DNA of 64,000 nt from an uncultured Actinomycetes bacterium (lineage in GTDB: Bacteria > Actinomycetota > UBA4738 > HRBIN12), in assembly GCA_963704725.1 (NCBI GenBank), contig OY969934.1:3232001-3296000 (forward strand), given 5' to 3'. A program made the position numbers and the translations under genes. The notes beneath the pieces are model-generated. The model was not told the origin of the DNA. It did not search any database and saw nothing but the letters and a program-made list of their open reading frames with translations. This document shows, piece by piece, positions 8,460 to 19,102 of the stretch. Within the stretch, counting starts at the first letter, position 1. Every line of letters starts with the position of its first letter.

Positions 8460-10923
8460 TCACGCCCTCGATCGCTCGCCGTTCGGATCGAACAGGGGGT
8501 CCGAGGCGACCGTCGCCGGGATCCGCTCGTCGAAGTACTCGACCTCCACGGGTGTGCCCTCCATCGCAAGCTCGGCCGGCAGGTAGCCGTAGACGATGCC
8601 GCGGCCGATCGAGTAGCCGTAGCCGGCGGAGGTCACGTAGCTCACGACCTCGCCTCCGTGGCGGATCGGCTCCTTGCCCATGACGACCGCGGTCGGATCG
8701 TCGAGCGTCATCGGCACCAGTCGGCGCCGGACGCCCTCCTCGCGGATCCGCTCCAGTGCGGCCCGTCCCTGGAAGTCCTTGTCCCAGCGAACGGCGAAGC
8801 CGAGCCCGGCCTCGAGCGGATCGCGCTCGATGTCGAGATCCTGCCCCCACAGGCGATACCCCTTCTCCAGCCGCAACGTGTCGAACGCGCCGAGCCCCGC
8901 CGCGACGAGTCCGTGCTCGCGCCCCGCCTCCCACAGGACCTCCCACGCCCGGTTCCCCATCGCGAACTGTCCGTACAGCTCCCAGCCGAGCTCGCCGGCG
9001 TAGCTGACCCGCTGCGCCCACACGGGCCCGACCTCGCCGACGTTCAAGTAGCGGGCGGTCAGGTAGGGGAACGCCTCGTTGCTCACGTCGGCGTCGGTGA
9101 CCGCGCGCAGGATCTCCCGCGCGTTCGGCCCCCACAGGCCGAGCGCGAACAGCGACCCCGTGCGCTCGGTGATCGTGACGCGCTCGTCGGCCCGGACCTG
9201 CGACCGCATCCACGCCAGGTCGTGCTGCCCGGACCCGCTGCCGGTGATGACGCGGAACAGGTCCTCCTCCTTGCGGGTCACGGTGACGTCGCAGCGGATC
9301 CCGCCGCGCGGCGTGAGCATCGCCGTGTGCACGATCGTGCCGACGGGCCGGTCGATCCGGTTGGCGCAGATCCGCTCGAGGAACTCGAGCGCGTCCGGGC
9401 CGGTCACGTCGAGCTTGGCGAACGGCGTGAGATCGAACAGCGCCGCGCGCGATCGCGTCGCGAGGTGCTCGGCGCCCTCGATCGGGGACCAGTACTTCGC
9501 GGCCCACTCGTTCCGGGTCTCCCAGGGCGCCCCGCCGAGCAGCGGGCGATTGACCTCGAACCACTGCGGCCGCTCCCAACCCGCGCCCGTGACGAACTCG
9601 GCGCCCAGCTCGACGTGCCTGGCGTAGAAGGGCGTGAGCCGGAGCCTGCGGGGCCGCAGCATCTGCCGGCGCGGATGGATGACGTCGTCCACCTCGCGGT
9701 ACTGCTGCTTGCCGCGCTCGAGCACGTACGGTGGGGTGGTCGCGTACGGGTAGAAGCGGTTCGCATCGGCCTCGGCCAGGTCGTACGAGGGCTCGCCGAG
9801 GACCATCCACTCGGCCACCTGCCGTCCCATGCCGCCGCCGTGCGTCACCCGCACCGCCTCGCACACCCACACGCCGCGGACCTTCGCCGACTCGCCGACG
9901 ATCGAGCCGCCGTCCGGCGTGAACGAGAGCATCCCGTTGATCGAGCGGTCGGGATCGGCGGGCCGCATCCGGCCGGCCAGCGCCGGAAGCAGGCGCGCGG
10001 CCTCGGCCTCGGCGACGTCGAAGTCGCGCGGCGTCCACGTCATGAGCGAGGGCATCGGCCCGGCTCCCGGACGCCGGAGCGCCGACTGCGGCGTGGCGAT
10101 CGGCTCGTGGTGGTAGTTGCCGACCGCGTAGTGGTCCTCGCGGTGACGGAGGTACACGGCCATGTCCGGATGACGCAGGATGGGGTGAACCACCTCGCGT
10201 GCCTCGCCCTCGAGCTCGGGGACCGGGTCGGTCCACACGAGCTGGTGCTGCACCGCGACCAATGGGAATCGGGACGCCGGCCATCGCGCCGACGGTCGGC
10301 CCCCAGATCCCGGCGCAGATCAGGACGCGCTCGCACTCGACGTCGCCGAGATCGGTCCGGACGCCGCGCACCCGGCCCTCGCGGACGTCGAACCCGGTCA
10401 CGGTCACGCCGCCCTCGAAGGACGCACCGTGCGCCTCGGCGCCTCGCGCGAGCGCCGTGGCCAGCCGGACCGTCTTCGCGATGCCGTCGCTCGGCACGAG
10501 GTACGCGCCGAGGATCGTCGAGGGATCGAGCAGCGGGATCTTCGCGGCGGCCTCGGCCGGCGTGAGCAGCTCGGCGCCCGGGAGGCCCCACGACCGCGCG
10601 AACCCGAGCCGCCGCTTCAGCTCCCGCATCCGTTCGGGCGTCGTCGCCACCTCGATCCCGCCGACCCCGTACCATCCCGGCTCGCCGTCGAGCTCGAGCG
10701 TCCGGTACAGGGCGACCGCGTCCTGCGCGATCCGGCACATCGTCCTCGAGGGGTTCGTCTGGAAGACGAGCCCGGGCGCGTGCGAGGTCGACCCACCCGT
10801 CTCGAACAGCGGACCCTGGTCGAGGACGAGGACGTCGGCCGCACCGAGCTCGGCCAGGTGGTACGCGGCGCTCGTGCCGACCATCCCGGCGCCGACGACG
10901 ACGGTCTCCGCCCGCTCGCGCAT
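8460..10923 (-). pseudogene. GcvT-family FAD oxidoreductase (dimethylglycine oxidase/sarcosine dehydrogenase-like), frameshifted near 10263-10266
   Basis: N-part VVGAGMVG, GGSTSHAPG, CAGIWG in one frame; the rest (VAVQHQ, SFTPDG, GWERPQWF, RVSYAGELGWELY, LRLEKGYR) in another. Removing one base at ATT CCC A TTG restores one ORF. Confidence 0.85.
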
Positions 10924-10987
10924 CAGGACCCCGAGGTTCGCCGTCGCCGGGTGCGGCGACGAGCCGGCGGTTGCGAGCGCTGCAACC

Positions 10988-12205
10988 TCACGCGGCGTCG
11001 GCGAGCTGGCGGCGGACGCGCCGGGCGATCGTCTCGCCGATCGCGAGGCACGCGGTCGCGGCCGGCGAGGGAGCGTTCAGGACCAGGACGCGGCCCGGCG
11101 CCTCGCCCAGGGCGAAGTCGTCGAGCAGCTCGCCGCCCCGGCTGAGGAGCTGCGCCCGGATCCCCGAGAACCGCTCGCCGAGGTGCCGACCCTCGAGCGC
11201 CGGGACGTACCGCCGGCACGCCTGGAGGAACGCCCGGTCCGAGACGTCGCGGCGGATCTCGGACGCGCCGGAGCCGAGGTGCCGCCGGGCCAGGCGCCAC
11301 AGCCCCGGATAGGCGAGCGCGTCGAGCGCGTCGCGGGGCGACAGCGAGCGGCGTCGCAGCCCCTCCCGCGAGAGCGCGGGGACGGCGTTCGGTCCGATCC
11401 ACACCGAGCCGTCGGGCTGCGGCGTGAAGTGGACGCCGAGGAACGGCAGCGTCGGATCCGGCACCGGGTACACGAGCCCCCGCACGAGGTCCTTCGCCTC
11501 CGCCGTCAGCGCGCGGTACGTGCCGCGGAAGGGCACGACGCGGTGCGGCGTCCGCATGCCCAGCATCGAGGCGGCGCGGTCGGCCTGCAGGCCGGCGCAC
11601 GCGACGACGACGCGGGCGGGCAGCTCGCGGGTGTCGGTGACGACCAGGCGGGCGCGACCGTCCTCGGCGGTCGAACGGACGGCCTCGCCGAGCACCACCT
11701 GCCCCCCGAGCCCCCGGACGTCCTCCGCGAGCCGTTCGGCGACCCGCCGGAAGTCCACGACGGCCGTGCCCGGCACGTGGAGCGCCCGGACGCCCGTCAC
11801 CTCCGGCTCGAGCTCGTGGATCGCCGAGGCGTCGAGCATCTCGATGCCGTCGATCCCGTTCGCCCGGCCGCGCTCGTACAGGGCTTCGAGCCGCTCGACC
11901 TCGGCGTCTTCGACCGCCACGACGAGCTTGCCGAGGCGATGGACGTCGATCCCGCGCCGCTCCGCGTAGGACTCGAGCTCGCGCTTGCCCGTCGTGCACA
12001 GCGCCGCCCGCAGCGAATCCGGCCGATAGTAGATGCCCGAGTGCAGCACGTTGGAGTTGTGGCCGCTCTGGTGCCGCGCGACCTCGGTCTCCTTCTCGAC
12101 GAGGGTCAGCGACAGGCCGGGCGACGACTCGAGCAGCCGGTACGCGGTGGCGAGGCCGACGAGACCGCCTCCGATCACCACCACGTCGAGCGCCGAGGAC
12201 CGCAC
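10988..12205 (-). CDS. lhgO: L-2-hydroxyglutarate oxidase
   Basis: VIGGGLVG, HQSGHNSNVLHSGIYY, YPVPDP.LPFLGVHFT, NAPSPAATACLAIG. Confidence 0.9.
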   Translation of the reverse strand: MRSSALDVVVIGGGLVGLATAYRLLESSPGLSLTLVEKETEVARHQSGHNSNVLHSGIYYRPDSLRAALCTTGKRELESYAERRGIDVHRLGKLVVAVEDAEVERLEALYERGRANGIDGIEMLDASAIHELEPEVTGVRALHVPGTAVVDFRRVAERLAEDVRGLGGQVVLGEAVRSTAEDGRARLVVTDTRELPARVVVACAGLQADRAASMLGMRTPHRVVPFRGTYRALTAEAKDLVRGLVYPVPDPTLPFLGVHFTPQPDGSVWIGPNAVPALSREGLRRRSLSPRDALDALAYPGLWRLARRHLGSGASEIRRDVSDRAFLQACRRYVPALEGRHLGERFSGIRAQLLSRGGELLDDFALGEAPGRVLVLNAPSPAATACLAIGETIARRVRRQLADAA

Positions 12206-12222
12206 GGCCCCCAACGTACGAC

Positions 12223-12840
12223 TCAGCGGCGGCGGTCCGCGAGGCGGCGGCTCGCCGGCAGCAGCGTGGCGGCGATCGCCAGCTTGAGCGCGTCGCCCGC
12301 GAGGAAGGGCTTGAAGCCGAGGCTCACCGCCCGGCCAAGCGACACCCCGAGCGCGGCTGCCAGCCAGGGCACGCCGACCGCATACAGCACGACCTCGCCG
12401 AGCACCATCGCGCCGGCGGCCCGCCGGACCGAGCGGTCCCAGCCCCGCTCGACGAGCCATCCGACCGCAGCCGCCGCCAGGACGAACCCCCACAGGTAGC
12501 CGCCCGTCGCCGAGGACAGCCCGAGCAGGCTCACGCCCGAGGACCCGCCCGAGAAGAACGGGGCCCCCAGCGCCCCCTGTGCCAGGTACAGCCCGAGCGA
12601 GGCCGCCCCGAGCCCGATCCCGAGCGAGGCCCCGACCAGCAGCACGCCCAGGGTCTGACCGGTCACCGGCACGGGCGTGAAGGGCACTCGAACCTCGACC
12701 TGCGCGAGCCCGGCGATCAGCCAGCTCCCCGCCAGCGCGAGCAGCGGACGCACGGCCGCTCCCGTCCCGGCGCGAACGGAGAGCTCGACGGCGACCGCCG
12801 GGCGACGTGGCTGCGCGAACGGGGATCGTGGTCGGTTCAT
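12223..12840 (-). CDS. bioY: Biotin transporter BioY (ECF S component)
   Basis: PFTPVPVTGQTLGV, GAPFFSGG, TGGYLWGF, PFLAGDALK. Confidence 0.9.
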   Translation of the reverse strand: MNRPRSPFAQPRRPAVAVELSVRAGTGAAVRPLLALAGSWLIAGLAQVEVRVPFTPVPVTGQTLGVLLVGASLGIGLGAASLGLYLAQGALGAPFFSGGSSGVSLLGLSSATGGYLWGFVLAAAAVGWLVERGWDRSVRRAAGAMVLGEVVLYAVGVPWLAAALGVSLGRAVSLGFKPFLAGDALKLAIAATLLPASRRLADRRR

Positions 12841-13137
12841 CGCGATGGCCTCGCAGAATAGCCCGCGCTGACCAATCCGGACCGCGAGGAGAGAGACACT
12901 GACCGCCGCGCGCCGCTCTCAGGACAGCCTGGCGCTTTCTCACGCGGCGCACGCGCCGTATGGCGAACGGGTGTCCTTTCGGGTCCCGCTTCGCTGGGAC
13001 ATGCGTCTCTTCCCCGGCCGGGCCGTTCAGAAGAGACTCGTCGGAGCTGAGGACGGGTGGTCGCGTGCCAACGCCCATATAGTGCATCGTCGAAGCGAGG
13101 GCATACTACGGTCCCTCGGAGCACCGGGAGGCCTGAG

Positions 13138-14467
13138 ATGAGATCGGGCTGGCGAATCCTCTTGATCTTCATCGCGGCAACCTCCCTCCTGGGGATCGGA
13201 TGGAACCACTCGGCGAAAGACGCCTCATTTGCGGACTCCGGGTGCCAACGCGTTCCGTCGCCGCCTTGGCTGAACCTTCCGAAGGCGGTGGAGGCAGACT
13301 CGGTACCCGATCTCTCGAGCTTCCTTGAGACCCTGAACGCGGCCATCGGTCCTGACCGACTCTCTGGGACGTGGTTCGGGAACGATGGGGACGCCTTGAC
13401 ACTCCATCTGGGGATTACCTCGCCAACGGAGGCAGACGTTGCATCCGTGCTCCATGCTCTCAAGGGCGAAGATTCGCTCGATGGCGTTCCCCTTGTCTTG
13501 GTCGATGTTCCGCTCGGCTCCTCTGAACTTAGTGAGATCCAGGAGAAGGTCGATGCCGTGCTGACAGAGCAGCAAGTTGAGTACACAAGCACTGTGCGCC
13601 CCGACCTTGGCATCCTCGAAACAGAGGTGTGGGGCACAGATACCAGCGCTGTCACCGACGCGATCGGACCACTGGCGGAACGATGCATCGTCAGCGTGCT
13701 CGATGGGGAAGAACGCAACAGATATGCCGCGATGGTGGGGAGATCCGATCAGCCGCCATACAAGGCGGGCAAGCGCATCCATGTTCTCGTTCGAACGGGC
13801 GGGACCGGAGAAACGGGTACGGACAGCAACTGCACAGCCGGATTCGTCTTCGAGACCGAGGGCGAGGGCGAGCAGCCTCTTCGGCAGTACAGCTGGGCAC
13901 TGCTCTCAGTACGACAACATTGGGATGCTCGTCTCTGATGACGAGTTCGAATTCACCACCGTCGGGACCACGGTTCCCCCGAACCTCTTCCGTGCCACGG
14001 GCCCGGCAATCGGTGACGCGGTGCTATTCACGATCGATTTCGAACGCGAAGACATCCACACGCAGATCATCGTGAACTCGAACTTCCAACGACTGGTGAC
14101 CGGCCAGAAGAACCCCTCCCAGCTATCGCTCGGCCTAAGCATCTGCCACTCTGGCGCCAGAACCGCAGTCGAGATGTGCGGTCCGATAGGCTCTCTGTCA
14201 CAAACCGTTTCCTTCGTCTTCGAGAACAACGACACGTTCCCACCAACACTGCTACAGAAGCAGGTACGGAACAACGTCTGCTTCTCGACCACAGCCATGC
14301 AGGGGGACAGTGGCGCTGGCGTCTACCAGAAGTCCGGGTCGACCGATGCGTTCGCCGTCGCGCTCCTTTCGTCAGCCTCCTCATCGAACGTCTGGGGTAC
14401 ACCGATCAATAGGATTGCGACCGACACCGGCTCTCACCTCTGGCTGGGTGACGGAATCCCGACGTGA
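13138..14467 (+). pseudogene. Secreted chymotrypsin-like (alpha-lytic/streptogrisin type) serine protease, frameshifted near 13870-13880
   Basis: Signal peptide, pro-region and CTAGF in the frame of 13138; TAGHC, GDA and GDSGA in the +1 frame. Region is lower in GC than the flanks. Confidence 0.75.
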
Positions 14468-14584
14468 CGTCGTCGACGAGGCCGCGACCGGCGGACCCGA
14501 CGAGCCGGCTCCGCCGCCGACCTCTGACTGTCCTAGGAGCGATGGCCGGCGCCGTCCCGTGGACGACGCCGGCCATCCAATCGC

Positions 14585-15436
14585 CTACGGCAGGAAGTAG
14601 TTCGGGTTCGGCATCTTGAACGTGCGGTTGGCGAACCCGCCGTTCAGGTCGCTGAACTGGTCACCGAAGTTGCCCACGATGTCGTACCCGAGCGACTCGA
14701 TGTGGGCCCGGGTGCCGGACTTGTACAGGACCGTCGGGCACGACACGCCGGCGGCGATCGACGGCCCGCAGAACTCCGGCGTATTCAGGTAGTCGGGGTA
14801 GGAACCGACCGGTGGCTTGGTGAACAGACCGTCCTCGCCGTCGTTCAGCGTGGAGGGCATCGGGTACCCGGCGTCGACGCCGATCCCGTCGGAGGTCAGG
14901 TTCCCGAGCGTGGCCGCCTCCTGAGCAGCACCCCTGCCGGTGAGGAAGACGATCGTGTACCCGGCCTGCCCGGCGGCGTTCACGAGGTCCACCATGCCCG
15001 GTACGGCCGGGAACGCCTGATCGGTCACGAACTGCGAGTTCGTCCCGAAGTTGAAGGCCCAGTTGCTGAAGATCTCGTAGTTCCACGTGGCGAGCGTCGT
15101 GTCGTCGACATCGAGCACGATCGTCTTCGTGGAGTCCACGGTGTGGCCGAGCTTCAGGTAGTGACCGGCGTTGGCGGCGACGCCCCGCGCCTCGCGCGCG
15201 TAGTAGCTGTCGTCCGCGAACACCCCCGTACCGAGCGGATCGCCGTAGTAGTTCCGGATCTGCTGGCGCAGGACGTCCAGGTTGGTGATCTGCCGCTCCG
15301 AGTGCGGCGTGATCGTCTGGATCGCCGGATCGGCTGCCCAGACCGCCACCGCCCCCCCGACCAGACTCACGACTGCGACTCCGACGATCACGGCCAGCCG
15401 CGGTGATCGCCTGAGCCACGACGTACGACGCTTCAT
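14585..15436 (-). CDS. Secreted HAD-superfamily acid phosphatase (class B/C-like)
   Basis: Signal peptide, VLDVDDTTL, FLTGR, GNFGDQFSDL, KMPNPNY. Confidence 0.9.
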   Translation of the reverse strand: MKRRTSWLRRSPRLAVIVGVAVVSLVGGAVAVWAADPAIQTITPHSERQITNLDVLRQQIRNYYGDPLGTGVFADDSYYAREARGVAANAGHYLKLGHTVDSTKTIVLDVDDTTLATWNYEIFSNWAFNFGTNSQFVTDQAFPAVPGMVDLVNAAGQAGYTIVFLTGRGAAQEAATLGNLTSDGIGVDAGYPMPSTLNDGEDGLFTKPPVGSYPDYLNTPEFCGPSIAAGVSCPTVLYKSGTRAHIESLGYDIVGNFGDQFSDLNGGFANRTFKMPNPNYFLP

Positions 15437-15519
15437 GACGCCTCCTCTCTTCGACGCACTTGGAACCCTCCGACCCCATGACCCTATGACCATCCGGCCC
15501 GGTCGGGGAAGTTGGCTCG

Positions 15520-16125
15520 TCAGGCACCCGTGGACCGGCCGAAGAACGAGCTCTCGACCACGTAGAACAGCGCGATCGCGGCGTACAGGATCGCGCTCGT
15601 CGTCGGACTGACCAGGGCGACGAGCGTCGCGATCAGGTAGATCCACGGGCCGGGCAGGTAGCTCCGGGAGATCCCGCTCACCACGCGCTCCTCGGCGTCT
15701 GCTCGCAGGAGTCGCCGCCCCAGCGCCGCGGAGAACCAGATCACGTTGAACATCACGGCCGTCGCCGTGAGCGTGATGCCGTACGCGAGCGCGGCCGCCC
15801 GCGCCCCGTCCTCGCGCAGGTGCTCGGCGAGCAGGCGGGTGGGGAACGGGATGAAGGCCACGCACATCAGGAAGCCAACGTTGGCGAGCAGGAACCGGCG
15901 GTCGGCCCGCTCGATCAGGCTCATCACCTGGTGGTGGTTGACCCAGACGATCCCGATCGTCACGAAGCTCACCGCGTAGCCGACGTATGACGGCCAGGCC
16001 CGCAGCAGTTCGCCGCCGAGGTCTGTCGTCCCCTCCCGGATCGCGCCGTCGACGTTCAGGATGAGCAGCGTGGCCGCGATCGCGAACACGCCGTCGGCGA
16101 ACGTCTCCAGGCGATCGGTGCGCAT
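15520..16125 (-). CDS. TMEM175-family potassium channel
   Basis: RLETFADGVFAIAATLLIL, SFVTIGIVWVNHH, FIPFPT. Confidence 0.9.
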   Translation of the reverse strand: MRTDRLETFADGVFAIAATLLILNVDGAIREGTTDLGGELLRAWPSYVGYAVSFVTIGIVWVNHHQVMSLIERADRRFLLANVGFLMCVAFIPFPTRLLAEHLREDGARAAALAYGITLTATAVMFNVIWFSAALGRRLLRADAEERVVSGISRSYLPGPWIYLIATLVALVSPTTSAILYAAIALFYVVESSFFGRSTGA

Positions 16126-16145
16126 CGGCCGATGGTAGCCGCGAC

Positions 16146-17006
16146 TCAGGCCAGGCCGAGGAGCAGCAGCCCGGCCAGGGTCAGCACGACCCCGCCCCAC
16201 TGGTTGGGGACGAGCCGTTCGCGCAGGAAGCCGATCGACAGGGCGACGGCGATCGCGGGGAAGATCGCGCTGGCGGCCAGGACGATCGACAGGAGCCCGC
16301 GCTCGGCGCCGGCCGAGTAGGTGGTCACGCCGAGGAGATCGGCCGCGCCGGCGAACAGGGCGATCGCCACGCCGGCCGCGGCGCCGGGCAGCGTGGGGAC
16401 ACGGGCGAACGCCCCTCGGCGCGCGGCGACGAGCGGGACGTACGAGATCACCTGCGCGACGCGCGACGCGCCGAGCCCGAGGATCCACCCGAGCTCCTGC
16501 GCGGCCCGCCCCAGGATGAACGCCGCCACGCCGAAGCCGACCGCCGAGACGATCGCCCACGGCACCCCGGGCGCGTGTCCGCGGATGCCGGCTCGGAGCG
16601 CCCGGAGGTCGGTCGACACCAGCGCCACCCCGGCCACCGTGACGCCGGCGCCCACCAGAGCGAGGCCGCCGGGCCGCTCGTCGTGGATGAGCATGGCGAG
16701 GGCGATCCCGACGACGGCGAACGACGCGCCGATCGGCGAGACGACGGCGACGGGCCCGAGCTCGAGCGCCCGGTAGTGCGTGGCGTACGCGATCGCCGTG
16801 AAGATCCCGTTCAGCGCGAGGGGCCCGAGGAACGTGCTCACCCGCGACACGTCCTGCCCGGTGACGACCATCAGGACGACCATGAACGCCGCCGAGAAGA
16901 CCTGGCCGATGACCACGGCGGGCAGGCTCCCGATCCGACGCCCGCCGAGCGCCCCCGCATAGTCCGCGAGCCCCCAGCCGAGCGCCGCCGCCAGACCGAA
17001 GATCAC
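16146..17006 (-). CDS. EamA/DMT family transporter
   Basis: About 10 TM segments, YRALELGPVAVVSPI, LRERL; GTGA overlap with upstream ligase. Confidence 0.85.
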   Translation of the reverse strand: MIFGLAAALGWGLADYAGALGGRRIGSLPAVVIGQVFSAAFMVVLMVVTGQDVSRVSTFLGPLALNGIFTAIAYATHYRALELGPVAVVSPIGASFAVVGIALAMLIHDERPGGLALVGAGVTVAGVALVSTDLRALRAGIRGHAPGVPWAIVSAVGFGVAAFILGRAAQELGWILGLGASRVAQVISYVPLVAARRGAFARVPTLPGAAAGVAIALFAGAADLLGVTTYSAGAERGLLSIVLAASAIFPAIAVALSIGFLRERLVPNQWGGVVLTLAGLLLLGLA

Positions 17007-19102
17007 GCGGGCCGGGCCTCGGCGAGCGCGTCCACGGCGACCACGCCCCGGCGGCCGACGAGCAGCGGGTTCGCCTCGAGCGAGACGAGCCGGTGGCGCA
17101 GGTCGTGCGCGGCCAGGGCGATCGACCGGACCGCCCCGGCGAACGCCCGCAGGTCGTGCCGGTCCGGGTCGAGGCCGCACCGAGCGGCCTGCTCGAGGAC
17201 GTACCGGCGAGCCTGCGCCGGCGACAGCGGCGCCGGGACGAACGCCGCCTCGCCGGCCTCCGCCATCGCCCCGCCGGGGCGAACCGTCACGAGCGCGCCG
17301 AACCGGTCCTCGACGACCGCTCCGACGAGCACCTCGGTCCCGGTGGCCATGCGCTGGACGAGCACGCGCGGCGAGCTCGCGCCGGCTCGCGTCGCCGCCC
17401 GCAGGACCTCGGCCGCGGCGGCCTCGACGTCGTCGGGGGTCGACAGGCCGAGCCGGACGCCGCCGATCGTGCCCTTGTGCGGGATCTCCGCCGCGAGCGC
17501 CTTCACGGCGACCGGGAGGCCGATCGCAAGCGCCGCCGCCGCGGCGGCGGCCGGTGTCCGCGCCACCGTTCCCCGGGGGCGGCGGACGCCGTAGAGCTCG
17601 AGCAGGGTCGCGGCCCGAACCTCATCGAGGGGGCCGGACCGGCCGCGGAGCGCCCGGAGCGCCCGCGCTCGGTTGGGATGGGGCGCGACCTCGACGATCC
17701 GGCGACCCCGCGAGCCCTGGAGCTCGACGAGCGCGCGGATCGCGCCGGCCGCCGCCCGGTGACCCTGGAGGAACGGCAGCGGATGGCTCCGCACGGCGGC
17801 CCGGGCCGCCTCGCCGTACGACAGCGCGCTCATGGCGACCGAGGCGAACGCGACGCCCGTGGTCCGTCGGAGCTCGCGCACCCGGTGCAGCACCGGCTCG
17901 GCCCACGCGTCGCCGTCCTCGAGTCGCGGCGGGAAGGCGTCGAACGCGACGAGCCCGACGGCCGGATCGCTCGCGAGCGCCTCGAGCGCGGCGCCGAACA
18001 TGTCGGTCTCGACGGCCGCCTGGCCCGTCACGTCGAGCGGGTTGTTCGGCGACGCGAACGGCGGCAGCGCGCGCCGGAGCGCGGCTTTCGTCGCCGCGGC
18101 GAGCTCCGGCAGCTCGAGCCCCCGGGAAGCGGCCGCATCCGCGAACAGCGTGCACGCCCCGCCCGACTGGAACGCGGCCGCGACCCCGCTCGTCCGCAGC
18201 CGCCGATGGTGCGAGAGCAGCACCGCGGTCTCGAACAACGTCACCGGGTCCTCCACGAGGATCGCCCCGTGGCCCCGGAGCCACGCGTCGCGCAGCGCGG
18301 TGTCGCCCGCCAGCGCGCCCGTGTGCGCCACGATCGAGCGCCGGACCGCCTCGCTCCGGCCCTCGGGCGCGCACACGAGGACCGGCTTGCCGGCCGCGCC
18401 GAGCGCGTCGAGACCCCGGCCGATGCCCTCGACGTCACGCATCGTCTCGAGGTAGGTGGCCACGAGCGAGGTGTGCGGGTCGGCGGCCGCCCACTCGAAC
18501 AGGTCGCCCAGCCCGAGCACCGCCTCGTTCCCCACCCCGAGGACGATCCGCAGGCCCACCGCCCGGTCCGAGGCGAGCTGGCTCATCGTCCAGGCCACGG
18601 TCCCGGACTGGCTGATCACCGCGATCGATCCCGCCACCGGCCGGGGCGGCGGGGTGGCGCCGTACGGCGCCACGCGGTCGACGTAGTTGACGAACCCCTC
18701 GACGTTCGGGCCGAGCACGGGTATGCGGTTCCGCAACGCCGCGGCCCGCAGCTCTTCCTGGAGCGCGCGCCCCGTGGGACCCGATTCGGCGAACCCGGAC
18801 GACACCACCAGGACCGAGCGCGCTCCGGCCCGGCCGCAGTCGTCGATCGTCTCGACCACGACGCGCGCCGGGACGACGAGCACGACGAGGTCGACGCCCC
18901 GCGGCAGGTCGAGCACCGACGCCGCGCACGAGCGCCCCCACACCTGGTCGTACTTGGGGTTGACGGGGAGGATCTCGCCCTCGAACCCGATGTGCCGCAA
19001 CGATCCGTGGATCTCGGGGGCCCAGGAGGAGGACGCTTCCGAGGCGCCGACGATCGCGATGGATCGCGGCGCGAGGAGCGGCCGGAGGTCGCGGCGGGTC
19101 AC
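17003..19102 (-). CDS. ADP-forming acyl-CoA synthetase (acetate--CoA ligase family, fused alpha/beta)
   Basis: PRSIAIVGAS, PVNPK, LGPN, SQSG, HTGALAG, NPLDVT, HKGTIGGV, LEANPL. Confidence 0.9.
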   Translation of the reverse strand: MTRRDLRPLLAPRSIAIVGASEASSSWAPEIHGSLRHIGFEGEILPVNPKYDQVWGRSCAASVLDLPRGVDLVVLVVPARVVVETIDDCGRAGARSVLVVSSGFAESGPTGRALQEELRAAALRNRIPVLGPNVEGFVNYVDRVAPYGATPPPRPVAGSIAVISQSGTVAWTMSQLASDRAVGLRIVLGVGNEAVLGLGDLFEWAAADPHTSLVATYLETMRDVEGIGRGLDALGAAGKPVLVCAPEGRSEAVRRSIVAHTGALAGDTALRDAWLRGHGAILVEDPVTLFETAVLLSHHRRLRTSGVAAAFQSGGACTLFADAAASRGLELPELAAATKAALRRALPPFASPNNPLDVTGQAAVETDMFGAALEALASDPAVGLVAFDAFPPRLEDGDAWAEPVLHRVRELRRTTGVAFASVAMSALSYGEAARAAVRSHPLPFLQGHRAAAGAIRALVELQGSRGRRIVEVAPHPNRARALRALRGRSGPLDEVRAATLLELYGVRRPRGTVARTPAAAAAAALAIGLPVAVKALAAEIPHKGTIGGVRLGLSTPDDVEAAAAEVLRAATRAGASSPRVLVQRMATGTEVLVGAVVEDRFGALVTVRPGGAMAEAGEAAFVPAPLSPAQARRYVLEQAARCGLDPDRHDLRAFAGAVRSIALAAHDLRHRLVSLEANPLLVGRRGVVAVDALAEARPA

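Noticed and set aside
12900-13060. Known riboswitch or hammerhead ribozyme
   Set aside because: Conserved cores (c-di-AMP, cobalamin, SAM, CUGANGA) were not found by eye.
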